This document shows, piece by piece, positions 39,860 through 48,549 of a stretch of 64,000 nt of DNA. The notes under the pieces were generated by a model, which saw only the letters and a list, made by a program, of their open reading frames with translations, was not told the DNA's origin and ran no database searches. This DNA is from an uncultured Bacteroidales bacterium (GTDB lineage Bacteria; Bacteroidota; Bacteroidia; Bacteroidales; UBA7960). The position numbers were made by a program, and so were the translations under genes. Each line of letters opens with the position of its first letter. Position 1 is the stretch's first letter. The stretch is taken from the NCBI GenBank assembly GCA_964491395.1, contig CAZBGI010000003.1:39971-103970 (forward strand). Reading direction: 5' to 3'.

Positions 39860-40318
39860 AAGTATAAAATTTTGACGCGCAAAGGTAAGCTTTTAGCGCA
39901 ATCTCACGGGGAAAAATATCTTAACGCCTGGAAGTAATTTACATTTATGTTTAGTAGGTCTATGATTCATTGATTATTTACCACATCCATCCACGGGGTG
40001 TGGAACGAATTCCTCACTAATGTTTGGGCAAATGCAAATGAACGTTTTTATTGCTTAAAGAATGTGCTTACCTGAAATATAAATAAATGGAGGATCCCCC
40101 AAAATAAACCACTGATACTGCTTTGATTGGAAAAAGAGAATACACTTTTGTACCGGGAAGAAGTTCAGTGTACAGGCAGTTTTTTCTTCAGAAGAAAAGA
40201 AGAATAATCCAATGGCACGATATTGTATAATTATGAGCATACCGGACAGAAATATAAAACAGCGGTAATAAAAGTAGACAAAAGAGGTATTTTTAACAGA
40301 AAAGAAAACAACCAAAGG

Positions 40319-41179
40319 ATGAGAACGATAATTTTAAGTGACATTACTGAAGAAACCCCGAGTATAATTCCGTATGGCCTTAATGTGGCTAAATATGCAG
40401 AAACAAGGGTAGAAATCCTTCAATATTCAGATCCTAAGCTGGTTCAGGGAACTTATAGCCCGATTTCTGATTCACAAAGCATAACCCCAGGAGAAAAATT
40501 ATCATACGAACAAATATTGCATCGTGAAACCGAAATTGCCAAAGAAAAACTGGACCGCTTACTAAGCAGGGAAGCCTCCCGATTGAACTATCCCTTAAGA
40601 ATAAATACCATCGCTGAGATTACCGATCCTGAAAAAGCTATTGCTGATAAACTTGATGAGTTTGAAAATGTGATGGTGATAACTTCCACCAATCCTTCTC
40701 ATTCGATGGCCAGCGGACTTGATGATGTATTAACTGTACTGCAGAAACTAAATACCAGGATATTGATCATCCCCGCAGGGAAAAAATTTATAAAACCAGC
40801 CAAATGTTGCCTGGTAACAGATTTATCTAAAGAGGCAAGCCAAAACCTTGAAAACCTGTTTTCATGGATAAATCCCCTGGCTGAGAGAATCTATACATCG
40901 GCTGTGATTCATAATGAATCCGGTTCTAACAGCAGCCAGCAAATTGAGCAATGGCAACAAGCCCTAAAGGCTTATTCCCAATTCCTTGCATCAGATTCCA
41001 CTGAAGTTGTTCGGATTGACGAACCGGATGTTGCGTTTGAAAACATTTGCAGACATAAAAGACCCGATATGGTTGTGTACCCCAAAAATGGTAAATCCTA
41101 TTTTTCTCGTTTGTTGTTTTCAGAAGGATATCTCAGGAACTTTTCTGAAATGCTTAACATTCCGGTATTATTGTATTAA
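40319..41179 (+). CDS. tandem universal-stress-protein-like protein (degenerate)
   Basis: ATG at 40319 (MRTIILSD...); the track's extension to 40223 starts at a TTG. Two approximately 140-aa halves each begin with a beta-strand (ILSD / CLVTDLS) and end like USP (ILIIPAG / NIPVLLY). Confidence 0.5.
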   Translation: MRTIILSDITEETPSIIPYGLNVAKYAETRVEILQYSDPKLVQGTYSPISDSQSITPGEKLSYEQILHRETEIAKEKLDRLLSREASRLNYPLRINTIAEITDPEKAIADKLDEFENVMVITSTNPSHSMASGLDDVLTVLQKLNTRILIIPAGKKFIKPAKCCLVTDLSKEASQNLENLFSWINPLAERIYTSAVIHNESGSNSSQQIEQWQQALKAYSQFLASDSTEVVRIDEPDVAFENICRHKRPDMVVYPKNGKSYFSRLLFSEGYLRNFSEMLNIPVLLY

Positions 41180-41233
41180 AAAATTCCCTGCTGACAATGC
41201 AGCAAATTAACAGCTGCCCCCTGAAGGTTGAAT

Positions 41234-41266
41234 ACTGTTGTAGAAATTAATCTACACCACCTGTTG
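41234..41266 (+). repeat. ACTGTTG-N19-CCTGTTG direct repeat (26-bp period)
   Basis: CTGTTG at 41235 and 41261, and again at 41365 (104 = 4 x 26 bp further on). All lie in the spacer upstream of the eRF1-like gene. Confidence 0.5.
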
Positions 41267-41322
41267 GCCCGCTGTATAGCCTGATTCATTGGTTTTTGTA
41301 ACTGCATAATATACCCTGAAAA

Positions 41323-41338
41323 CGGGTTGATTTTTGCC
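41323..41338 (+). promoter_or_regulatory. candidate sigma-54 -24/-12 promoter upstream of the eRF1-like gene
   Basis: CGGGTTGATTTTTGCC: GG (41324-25) and TTGC (41334-37) sit at the spacing of TGGCACG-N4-TTGCW. The -24 half matches only at GG..G. It is about 80 nt from ATG 41418. Confidence 0.3.
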
Positions 41339-41417
41339 CTGATGATTTGCTATAAGTGTTTTATCTGTTGGGTTTTAAACCTACAATCGAGTATTAATTC
41401 ATAAAAATATTATTAAG

Positions 41418-42578
41418 ATGCGTAATTTTTCAGAACATACCTTTAAAGAATTGGCGCAGGTAAGAGCGCCCCATTGTATCTCCATTTTTATACCTACCCA
41501 CCGTGCAGGAAAGGAGGTAAACGAAAAATTAGATAGGATTAATTTTAAGAATCAAGTGCAAAAGGTTGCTGCTGAATTACAATCCTGGCAATTGGACAAT
41601 AAGGAAATAGCGCATTTACTGGAACCTTTAAATGCATTGATAAACGATACGGACTTTTGGAACAATCAGTCTGATGGCCTGGTAGCCTTCAGAAATAGGG
41701 AGCAATTTGAGTATTTTTCATTACCCGTCCATTTTCAGGAGTTTGTATTTGTTTCTGACCATTATTACTTAAAACCCCTGGTGCCCTATTTAAACGATGA
41801 TGGAAAGTATTACCTGCTGGCCCTTACCTTGTCAGGTGTAAAGTTTTATGAGGGTTTTCCTCATCATATCAATGAAGTCGTATTGGATGATTTGCTACCT
41901 GAGAAGCTTCAGGACGTGGTAGGTTATGACTACAAAGACAAGAACCTGCAGATTCGTTCGGGCCAAACCTCTGCCAATGAGGGAGAAGGAATGTATCATG
42001 GTCATGGTAAAGGAAGTGAAGAAGAAAAAACAGAGATTCTTAAGTTTTTCAGGGCCATAAATGACGGATTGATGCAGTTTATTAAGAATCGCAAGCGTCC
42101 TCTTGTATTGGCAGCAGTTGATTACCTGGTTCCTCTATATAAGGAAGTAAATGATTACCAGAATCTGCATGACCATTTCATTGCAGGAAATCCCGAGCAT
42201 GAAGACCCGGTTTTGTTGCATGAGAAAGCCAGGGATTTGCTGGGAGATTATTTTGATAAAGACAGAAAGCAGGCATTATCGGCCTTTGAACAGGCATTGT
42301 CTAATGGAAGAGCCTCTTTTAAAGAAGAGGAGGTGATTGCCGCAGCCTATAATAAGCGTGTGGATACATTGTTTATTAGAAATAATGAAGAGCTGTGGGG
42401 AATTTTTGACGTAGAGAAAAATGCCGTCATTCCCCGGGAGGTTCAACCCGAATTCAAAACCTGCCTGTTGAATTTTGCGGCCATACATACAATTTTAAAC
42501 AATGGAAAAGTCTATTTGCTGGAGGCCGATCAAATGCCTGAACCCAATTCACGCACCAATGCCATTTTCAGATATTGA
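41418..42578 (+). CDS. eRF1/Pelota-like protein (bacterial archaeo-eukaryotic release-factor-like, baeRF-type), GGQ-less
   Basis: 386 aa with no signal or TM segment. N-terminal CISIFIPTHRAG. The central HGHGKGSEEEKTEILKFFRAI aligns by eye with eRF1 HGRGGQSALRFARL. The C-terminal third (VDTLFI...) fits an eRF1 domain-3-like block. Confidence 0.5.
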   Translation: MRNFSEHTFKELAQVRAPHCISIFIPTHRAGKEVNEKLDRINFKNQVQKVAAELQSWQLDNKEIAHLLEPLNALINDTDFWNNQSDGLVAFRNREQFEYFSLPVHFQEFVFVSDHYYLKPLVPYLNDDGKYYLLALTLSGVKFYEGFPHHINEVVLDDLLPEKLQDVVGYDYKDKNLQIRSGQTSANEGEGMYHGHGKGSEEEKTEILKFFRAINDGLMQFIKNRKRPLVLAAVDYLVPLYKEVNDYQNLHDHFIAGNPEHEDPVLLHEKARDLLGDYFDKDRKQALSAFEQALSNGRASFKEEEVIAAAYNKRVDTLFIRNNEELWGIFDVEKNAVIPREVQPEFKTCLLNFAAIHTILNNGKVYLLEADQMPEPNSRTNAIFRY

Positions 42579-42586
42579 TTGCCATG

Positions 42587-42619
42587 ACTGTTGAACGAAA
42601 TACCTGAACGAAACTGTTG
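42587..42619 (+). repeat. ACTGTTG-N19-ACTGTTG direct repeat (26-bp period) enclosing TGAACGAAA x2
   Basis: ACTGTTGAACGAAA-TACC-TGAACGAAACTGTTG. CTGTTG at 42588 and 42614; TGAACGAAA at 42592 and 42605. Confidence 0.55.
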
Positions 42620-42656
42620 TGGTAAGTAACAGGAATTCTTCAGTAGTGGTTGAGAC

Positions 42657-42672
42657 TGGCACGACTCCAGCA
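42657..42672 (+). promoter_or_regulatory. candidate sigma-54 -24/-12 promoter upstream of the small membrane protein
   Basis: TGGCACGACTCCAGCA: a perfect TGGCACG heptamer, with GC of the -12 element at the exact consensus spacing (42670-71). CA replaces TT before it. It lies 75-90 nt upstream of ATG 42746. Confidence 0.4.
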
Positions 42673-42745
42673 TTGATTGATTTCTTGATTATTTCATCCC
42701 TCTTTCAAATTGACAGAAATATTTATCAACCCAAAAAATCAAGTC

Positions 42746-43138
42746 ATGATCTTATTATATCAGATTTTTTTCGCTATATTACTATCTTTATTGGTAGGGA
42801 GTTTTTTTTATTATGTTTTTAAGTATACCGGCCCGTGGGGAAGTTACTGGACTTTTGTTGCCACATTGTTCCTGGCTGGTATGGTAGCCGCAGTCTGGAT
42901 TGAACCTTTGGGCCCTATGATTTACAATTTCGCATGGGCTCCCATTCTGATAGTAATTTTGATTTTTGCCTTGTTTTTGGCTGCTGCTTCGCCTACACGG
43001 TATCGAACCCGAAATCCGGCAAGGAAGAATATGCCTGACCCGGCGCAACAAAATATCCCAGCATTGGCTGTTTCTACTGTATTCTGGGTTTTTATGACCG
43101 CTTTATTAATCACTTTTCTGATTGGTGTTTTCAGATAG
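42746..43138 (+). CDS. small integral membrane protein (about 4 TM), unknown family
   Basis: ATG at 42746 (MILLYQIFFAILL...); the track's start at 42710 is a TTG. Four hydrophobic helices, with a basic loop (RYRTRNPARKN) between the third and fourth. Confidence 0.5.
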   Translation: MILLYQIFFAILLSLLVGSFFYYVFKYTGPWGSYWTFVATLFLAGMVAAVWIEPLGPMIYNFAWAPILIVILIFALFLAAASPTRYRTRNPARKNMPDPAQQNIPALAVSTVFWVFMTALLITFLIGVFR

Positions 43139-43239
43139 CAGGTGAGTAACGCAGCAAAAACCAATGCGTATTCTACTCCCAAAGTGAACTGTCTATAACC
43201 TATCACAGGCTGTTTTGCTCCTGGGCCATGCAGTCCTTT

Positions 43240-44577
43240 TCAGGTATCCATGTCCAGTTCATTGAGTTTATTGTACAAAGTTTTTCTGTCTATTCTCAAT
43301 ATCCTGGCTGCTTCCGATTTGTTTTGCCGTGCTTGCTGCAATGCATTTTCAATAATTTTTCTTTCGGCTTGCCGGGCGGCAATTTTAAGGCTCAGTTCGC
43401 TGGAAGCATCATCAATGAATGATATTTCGGGTGCACTTTTTTGTCGTATCTCTTCAGGGAGGCAGTTGGGGGTTATCTCATGGTCCCGGGCAACAAGAGT
43501 GCTGCGTTTTATTACGTTACGCATCTCACGCAAGTTTCCGTACCATTGGTAAGCATAAAAAGCACTTTCTACTTCCGGCGAGAATTGTTGTACATCTTTT
43601 TGGAGTTCTTTGTTGGCTTGCTGCAAAAAATGGTATGCGAAAAGCATAATGTCCTGGCCTCTTTCGCGCAAAGGAGGAATCTCCAGTTTAAATTCATTGA
43701 TTCTGTGGTAAAGGTCCTCTCTGAATGTACCTTCACGAGCCTGATTGGTTAAATTGCTGTTGGTTGCAGAAATGATGCGTACATCAATATTTATTGTCCG
43801 CGTATCGCCCACACGGGTAATAACTTTCTGTTGAATGGCCCTGAGTAATTTAACTTGTGTCTCATAGGATAGGTTGCCTATTTCGTCCATAAATATAGTT
43901 CCTCCGTTGGCTTGTTCAAAATATCCTTTTTTGTCGCCCACAGCCCCGGTGAAAGCACCTTTTACATGTCCGAACAATTCACTTGCTGCCAGCTCTTTGG
44001 GAATAGCCCCACAATCAATGGCTACAAATTTTTTGGATTTCCGCTCGCTATGCTGATGAATCAGGCGTGCAATGTACTCTTTACCTGAACCGGTTTCTCC
44101 CTGTATGAGTACCGCCATGTTGGTAGGAGCTACCAGCTTTGACTGTTCAATAACATTCTGCATGGCAGTATGCTGCCCCGTAATAAATTCTTGAACATCT
44201 GGATCTTCTCCCGGCTTTTTCTCTATAGCATTTTTTACAATGCTTTTGATATTGTCAGGATGGATAGGCTTGGTTATGTAATCGTATGCACCTGCTTTAA
44301 TACTCTCGACGGCTACCTTAATTTCGGCGTATGCCGTCATCATAACTACTGCTGTCTGGGGCGAAAGCTGATGGATTTTTCTTAGCAAATCCATCCCATC
44401 CATATCTGGCAACCGGATATCGCACAGCACAACATCAAATTCTTCCTTTTTAAGTAGCAACAAAGCAGGTTTGCCTTTATTGGCGGTTTGTGTATTGTAT
44501 CCTTCTTTCTTGAAAAAATTATCCAGCAAACTGGTAATGTAAATATCGTCGTCAATGATCAAAATTTTCTTGCCCAT
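43240..44577 (-). CDS. sigma-54-dependent response regulator (NtrC family enhancer-binding protein)
   Basis: 445 aa with receiver (VLCDIRLPDMDG), an AAA+ domain carrying Walker A GETGSGKE and the sigma-54 contact loop GAFTGA, and a C-terminal Fis-type HTH (EAARILRIDRKTLYNKL). Confidence 0.9.
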   Translation of the reverse strand: MGKKILIIDDDIYITSLLDNFFKKEGYNTQTANKGKPALLLLKKEEFDVVLCDIRLPDMDGMDLLRKIHQLSPQTAVVMMTAYAEIKVAVESIKAGAYDYITKPIHPDNIKSIVKNAIEKKPGEDPDVQEFITGQHTAMQNVIEQSKLVAPTNMAVLIQGETGSGKEYIARLIHQHSERKSKKFVAIDCGAIPKELAASELFGHVKGAFTGAVGDKKGYFEQANGGTIFMDEIGNLSYETQVKLLRAIQQKVITRVGDTRTINIDVRIISATNSNLTNQAREGTFREDLYHRINEFKLEIPPLRERGQDIMLFAYHFLQQANKELQKDVQQFSPEVESAFYAYQWYGNLREMRNVIKRSTLVARDHEITPNCLPEEIRQKSAPEISFIDDASSELSLKIAARQAERKIIENALQQARQNKSEAARILRIDRKTLYNKLNELDMDT

Positions 44578-44725
44578 AGTTCCTGTTTTGTTTTTACGAA
44601 TAATTCCAAATAATTCTGAATAATTTGTTTGAATCTTTCCTTTTTAGACATGTATTATGAAGTAGATCCCCATTCGATTGCTAAATTATATGATTTTTTT
44701 ATCTAAATTCACTCATCTTTAATAA

Positions 44726-47020
44726 TTATAAATCCTTAAGAGCTGTCCGTATAGCCAGAAGGCTTTTATCAATCTCCTCAAGTGCATTATTGATAAGTTC
44801 AGCATCAGGAGCAAAGGATTCTTTTCTGAGGTATTTTTTGTCAATTTTTTTCAGGAGTTTCGTGGCTTTGGCTACTCCCAGCTGTTCCATCGATGGATGA
44901 AGCCTGTGGGCTGCTTCTGCAATACTGCCATAGTCTTCATTTAAGAGCCCTTCCTTTATTTTTTCCTGCATTTGCTGTCCGTTTTCAATGAAGGAATTTA
45001 ACATCAACATCATAAACTCTGTATCTCCGCGGGTTATTTGCCTGAGTTGTGATAAATCATAGGAGCTCATTTCTTTCCCGGATAGTTCTTGTTGCCCGTT
45101 TTTTGCAGGTACATCCTCTTGTAAATCCAGTCCGGAGGTATAAGCAAAAATATGCTTTATCAATGCTTCTTCTTTGTAAGGTTTTAGTATTACCGAATCC
45201 ATGCCGGCTTTAAGATACTCCCTTATTTGTTTTCTTACAGTATTGGCAGTCATGGCAATTACCCTGCTTATGGGTTTATGTGGATTTTTTTTCTCCTTGT
45301 TCCGTATAGAATTTAATACTTCCATGCCATTCATTTCGGGCATGTTGATGTCGAGAAAAATAACCTGATATTTTCCGGGTCGGAATTTTTTTAGCGCTTC
45401 GGCTCCTGAGGCTGCAAAATCTGATTTGATATTGTGCTTTTTTAAAATAATTGAGCCTAGTGTTCTGTTAAGCGGATCATCGTCAACGAAGAGAATTTTA
45501 CCTGCTTTTTTATTCCTGGATGACAGGATAGGTTTGCTTCTTTTGGGAAGGGTTGGATAATTTTTTTCAAATGAAAGGGTGAAGAAAAATTTAGATCCTT
45601 TGCCAGGTGTGCTCTTCACCTGCAACTTACTGTCCATTGCCTCCAGGAGTTCTTTGCTGATGGCAAGTCCCAGGCCACAGCCGGTAAAGCTCCTGTCGAT
45701 CCGGTTGTCTACCTGGTGAAAAGGTTGAAAAATCCGGGTGATCTCCTCTTCTGATATACCAATGCCTGTATCCGAAACTTCAAAGCAGATATCCTGGGTC
45801 GATTGAGTTTGTTTTACAGGAAAACAACGAATGCTTACATTGCCTTTTCGGGTAAATTTTATGGCATTGCCGCCAAGATTGATAAGTATCTGTCGCAATT
45901 TGGGCGCATCGCCCGAGAATGTTCTTTCGTGTAAAGTATCTTCTGCATGAATATAGAAATCAAGCCCCTTTTCTTTATGTTTATGTCTAAGTACCTGGCT
46001 TACAGAATCAAAAACCTCTTGCAAATTAAAAGGGTTGTGTTCTATTTCAATTTTTTCGGCTTCTATCTTAGACAACACAAGGATATCATCAATAATGGAT
46101 AACAAATGATGAGATGCATTGTCAATAATGGTAAGATAATCAGATTGTTTTTTCGTAAGTCGTGTCTGATGGAGTTGGTCAGAGAAACCAATTACGGCAT
46201 TAAGGGGAGTGCGAATTTCATGCGACATCTTGGCTACAAACCGGTCTTTGGCATCACTGGCATCTTCCGCTTTTTCTTTGGATTGCCTGAGCTGCTCCTG
46301 CACCCGTTTTGCATCTGTAATATTTTGTAAAATAACCACGCATTTATGTGTCTTATCCTTTTCGTTCAAGGGAAACATGCGGATAGAAAAGTGATGATTT
46401 TCAGAATGGAATTCTGTACTGACAGGAGTTTCTTCAAATACAATTTTAGCCAGGGATAAAATCATATCTTTTTGTTTGGCCGGAAAATATTCAGTTAGCA
46501 GGGGTGAGGTTACAGAATCTTTAACCCATCCTTGCTTGTGAGATTCACTACCCATTCTGCAATGCACTTGTAGATTTTTATCCACAAGAAACATTTCCAG
46601 GCCGGGCAGGTTTTTGGCCAAAATAGAAAAGTTGCCGGGGGTTAATTGCTCATGGCCCATGTTGCTTGGGAAGGAATCGGAAACGATAGCAGATTGAATA
46701 TAATAAAATGTCTCTTGGGAGGAATCGGGATGGATTTTCCCAAAATTTGAATCAAACGTAATGGCATGGCCTGAAGCATGAATATGATAGATTCTCTTAA
46801 TAATCGGTTGGGGGTTATTGGATTTTAACTCATTTACGATCAAGTTAATATCGTCTTGTTCAATGTTAGAAGTAATAGAATAAATGTCCTTGTTTGCAGG
46901 TAAGGTTTTGGTTTTATAACCCAGCGCCTGCTTTGCAGAGGAATTCATCCACGCAATTTCCCACTTTTCATTGTAAAGAATAACAGGATTGGGAAGCCAT
47001 TCAAGGTTGGTATTATTCAT
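44726..47020 (-). CDS. hybrid sensor histidine kinase (PAS - HisKA - HATPase - receiver - HPt)
   Basis: 764 aa, cytoplasmic. H-box MSHEIRTPLN, HATPase (DTGIGIS, GCGLGLAI), receiver FLDINMPEMNG and an HPt-like AAHRLHPSMEQLG. Confidence 0.9.
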   Translation of the reverse strand: MNNTNLEWLPNPVILYNEKWEIAWMNSSAKQALGYKTKTLPANKDIYSITSNIEQDDINLIVNELKSNNPQPIIKRIYHIHASGHAITFDSNFGKIHPDSSQETFYYIQSAIVSDSFPSNMGHEQLTPGNFSILAKNLPGLEMFLVDKNLQVHCRMGSESHKQGWVKDSVTSPLLTEYFPAKQKDMILSLAKIVFEETPVSTEFHSENHHFSIRMFPLNEKDKTHKCVVILQNITDAKRVQEQLRQSKEKAEDASDAKDRFVAKMSHEIRTPLNAVIGFSDQLHQTRLTKKQSDYLTIIDNASHHLLSIIDDILVLSKIEAEKIEIEHNPFNLQEVFDSVSQVLRHKHKEKGLDFYIHAEDTLHERTFSGDAPKLRQILINLGGNAIKFTRKGNVSIRCFPVKQTQSTQDICFEVSDTGIGISEEEITRIFQPFHQVDNRIDRSFTGCGLGLAISKELLEAMDSKLQVKSTPGKGSKFFFTLSFEKNYPTLPKRSKPILSSRNKKAGKILFVDDDPLNRTLGSIILKKHNIKSDFAASGAEALKKFRPGKYQVIFLDINMPEMNGMEVLNSIRNKEKKNPHKPISRVIAMTANTVRKQIREYLKAGMDSVILKPYKEEALIKHIFAYTSGLDLQEDVPAKNGQQELSGKEMSSYDLSQLRQITRGDTEFMMLMLNSFIENGQQMQEKIKEGLLNEDYGSIAEAAHRLHPSMEQLGVAKATKLLKKIDKKYLRKESFAPDAELINNALEEIDKSLLAIRTALKDL

Positions 47021-47410
47021 GCAATAGAATTTATTAGTATAATTATTTAAAGTAAAAAAATTTACTAACTGTTGTTTGTCGAAAAAATGTGTTGAAATCC
47101 TTCCACATATTTTTCGTATATGTCATTTAAAGCCTTTTGATAAGTGCTAACAATCAGTTTTGTACAGCAAATTTAATTGTTTAGTGAAAAATGGTATGAA
47201 AATCGAAGCTCAAATATTCAAACACATTTAAACACATTAACCTCGTAATTTTTAATTGTTAAATAAATTGAGCGAAGAAAAAACAACATGAATGACAATG
47301 ATTCTATCTTGCACTGAATTACGGCTTTTATACTGATCAAAAAGCCTTTATAAAGAAACGCAAAATGTATTTATTATTATGAGGTGAAAATTAAGCAAAA
47401 TTCTCCGTAT

Positions 47411-48265
47411 ATGCAAATGAAAAGAATGTTAGTTTTATCCGAGCTGAACCAGGTTTCTGAAATTTCGCTTGAGTTTGCTGTTGATCTTGCTGCACATCTG
47501 CGCATAAAGGAGGTTGTGGTACTTAATCTGCTGCTTTCAGCTAACCAACAGGCTCGTGAAATTAGCAATGTTCTGAATCTTGCCATTCCTCCTTACCTGC
47601 AAGAGAAAATAAATATTGATGTTAAGGAAAAACACACAACACTGGTGAAGAAACAAGCCCAAGAGATTGCCCATGAGAATGTGGAAATTTTACCAAGGGT
47701 GGAATACAAAAATGATAATCATTGCATCAATCATTACATGCGTAAATATGAAGCGGGTTTACTCATTTGTGGTAGTCAGGAAAAACCTGCATTTCTGGAA
47801 ATATCCTTTGGGTCGGCGGCAAAAGAAATGTCTGGAAAGATTCATTATCCAATGATAATCCTTACCGATGAACCCGCGAAATCGGAGATTAAATCTATCG
47901 CATTGGCCATTGACTGGAATGACAAGAAACAAGAGGGTATTGATGAAGTCATTGCATTTTCCCGTAAACTCAATGCCTATTTACAGTTGATTCATGTGAT
48001 GGAAACTCCTGCTGACCGTCATCAAGCTCTGGATGCGATGCAAAAACTCGCAAAAAATAAAAATCTCCGTAATTATTCGATCAATTTGCTCGACAATCAA
48101 AATCTTCAGGATGGTTTGGAAAGTTTCGCCCGTAAAACTGGTTCGGATATGATTGCTTTATTAAACCCGGGGAACGGAAAGCTGCACAAAATGATTTTTG
48201 GGGAAGAAATATCACCTTCTGATAGTGGCACCAGGCTTCCAATTTTTATCTGTAAAAGTTGCTGA
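47411..48265 (+). CDS. tandem universal-stress-protein-like protein (degenerate)
   Basis: ATG at 47411 or 47417 (MQMKRMLVLSE...); the track's start at 47384 is a GTG. Two USP-like halves (MLVLSEL... and IALAIDW...), each ending in a strand-rich tail (PMIILT / PIFICK). Confidence 0.5.
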   Translation: MQMKRMLVLSELNQVSEISLEFAVDLAAHLRIKEVVVLNLLLSANQQAREISNVLNLAIPPYLQEKINIDVKEKHTTLVKKQAQEIAHENVEILPRVEYKNDNHCINHYMRKYEAGLLICGSQEKPAFLEISFGSAAKEMSGKIHYPMIILTDEPAKSEIKSIALAIDWNDKKQEGIDEVIAFSRKLNAYLQLIHVMETPADRHQALDAMQKLAKNKNLRNYSINLLDNQNLQDGLESFARKTGSDMIALLNPGNGKLHKMIFGEEISPSDSGTRLPIFICKSC

Positions 48266-48549
48266 GAAATTTTCATGGCTTACATTTCAGCATAAAAGCT
48301 TGCGGGTAAAGTTAATTTATTGCTCAAATACTTCTATATTTGACCCTTGAATCGAATCCTTTTCATGGGAATTCATCTCCATGTCTCTCCGACAGACAGG
48401 AATTTCTTTTTAGGTAATTATTCTATTTTCGGAAATGATTGATTTTCTGTACAATGTTTACGTTTACCAGCCGATAAACCAATAACGATCCTTCGCAGGA
48501 TTTTAATAAACTGATGGCCTTGGCCAGGGTTAAACACAATTTGAAACAC

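Noticed and set aside
40213-40229. A perfect TGGCACG heptamer about 100 nt upstream of the first USP-like gene, as a possible sigma-54 promoter
   Set aside because: The downstream element reads ATATTGTA. TTG is one nucleotide too close, and the invariant GC is absent at the consensus position (TA instead). Sigma-54 spacing is strict.
40223-40318. The N-terminal extension of the USP-like ORF given in the ORF track (MYNYEHTGQKYKTAVIKVDKRG...), and similar extensions at 7465-7521, 11580-11588, 29672-29704, 42710-42745, 47384-47410, 48514-48549, 52684-52716 and 60695-60733
   Set aside because: Most of these begin at TTG or GTG, while the extensions at 29672, 48514, 52684 and 60695 begin at an upstream ATG, and all precede an in-frame ATG that yields a sensible N-terminus (signal peptide or domain start). 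I used the internal ATG.
47192-47206. TGGTATGAAAATCGA upstream of the second USP-like gene, as a sigma-54 promoter
   Set aside because: The -24 half is good, but the -12 position reads GA rather than GC. The element is also about 205 nt from the start codon. The match is too weak to call.
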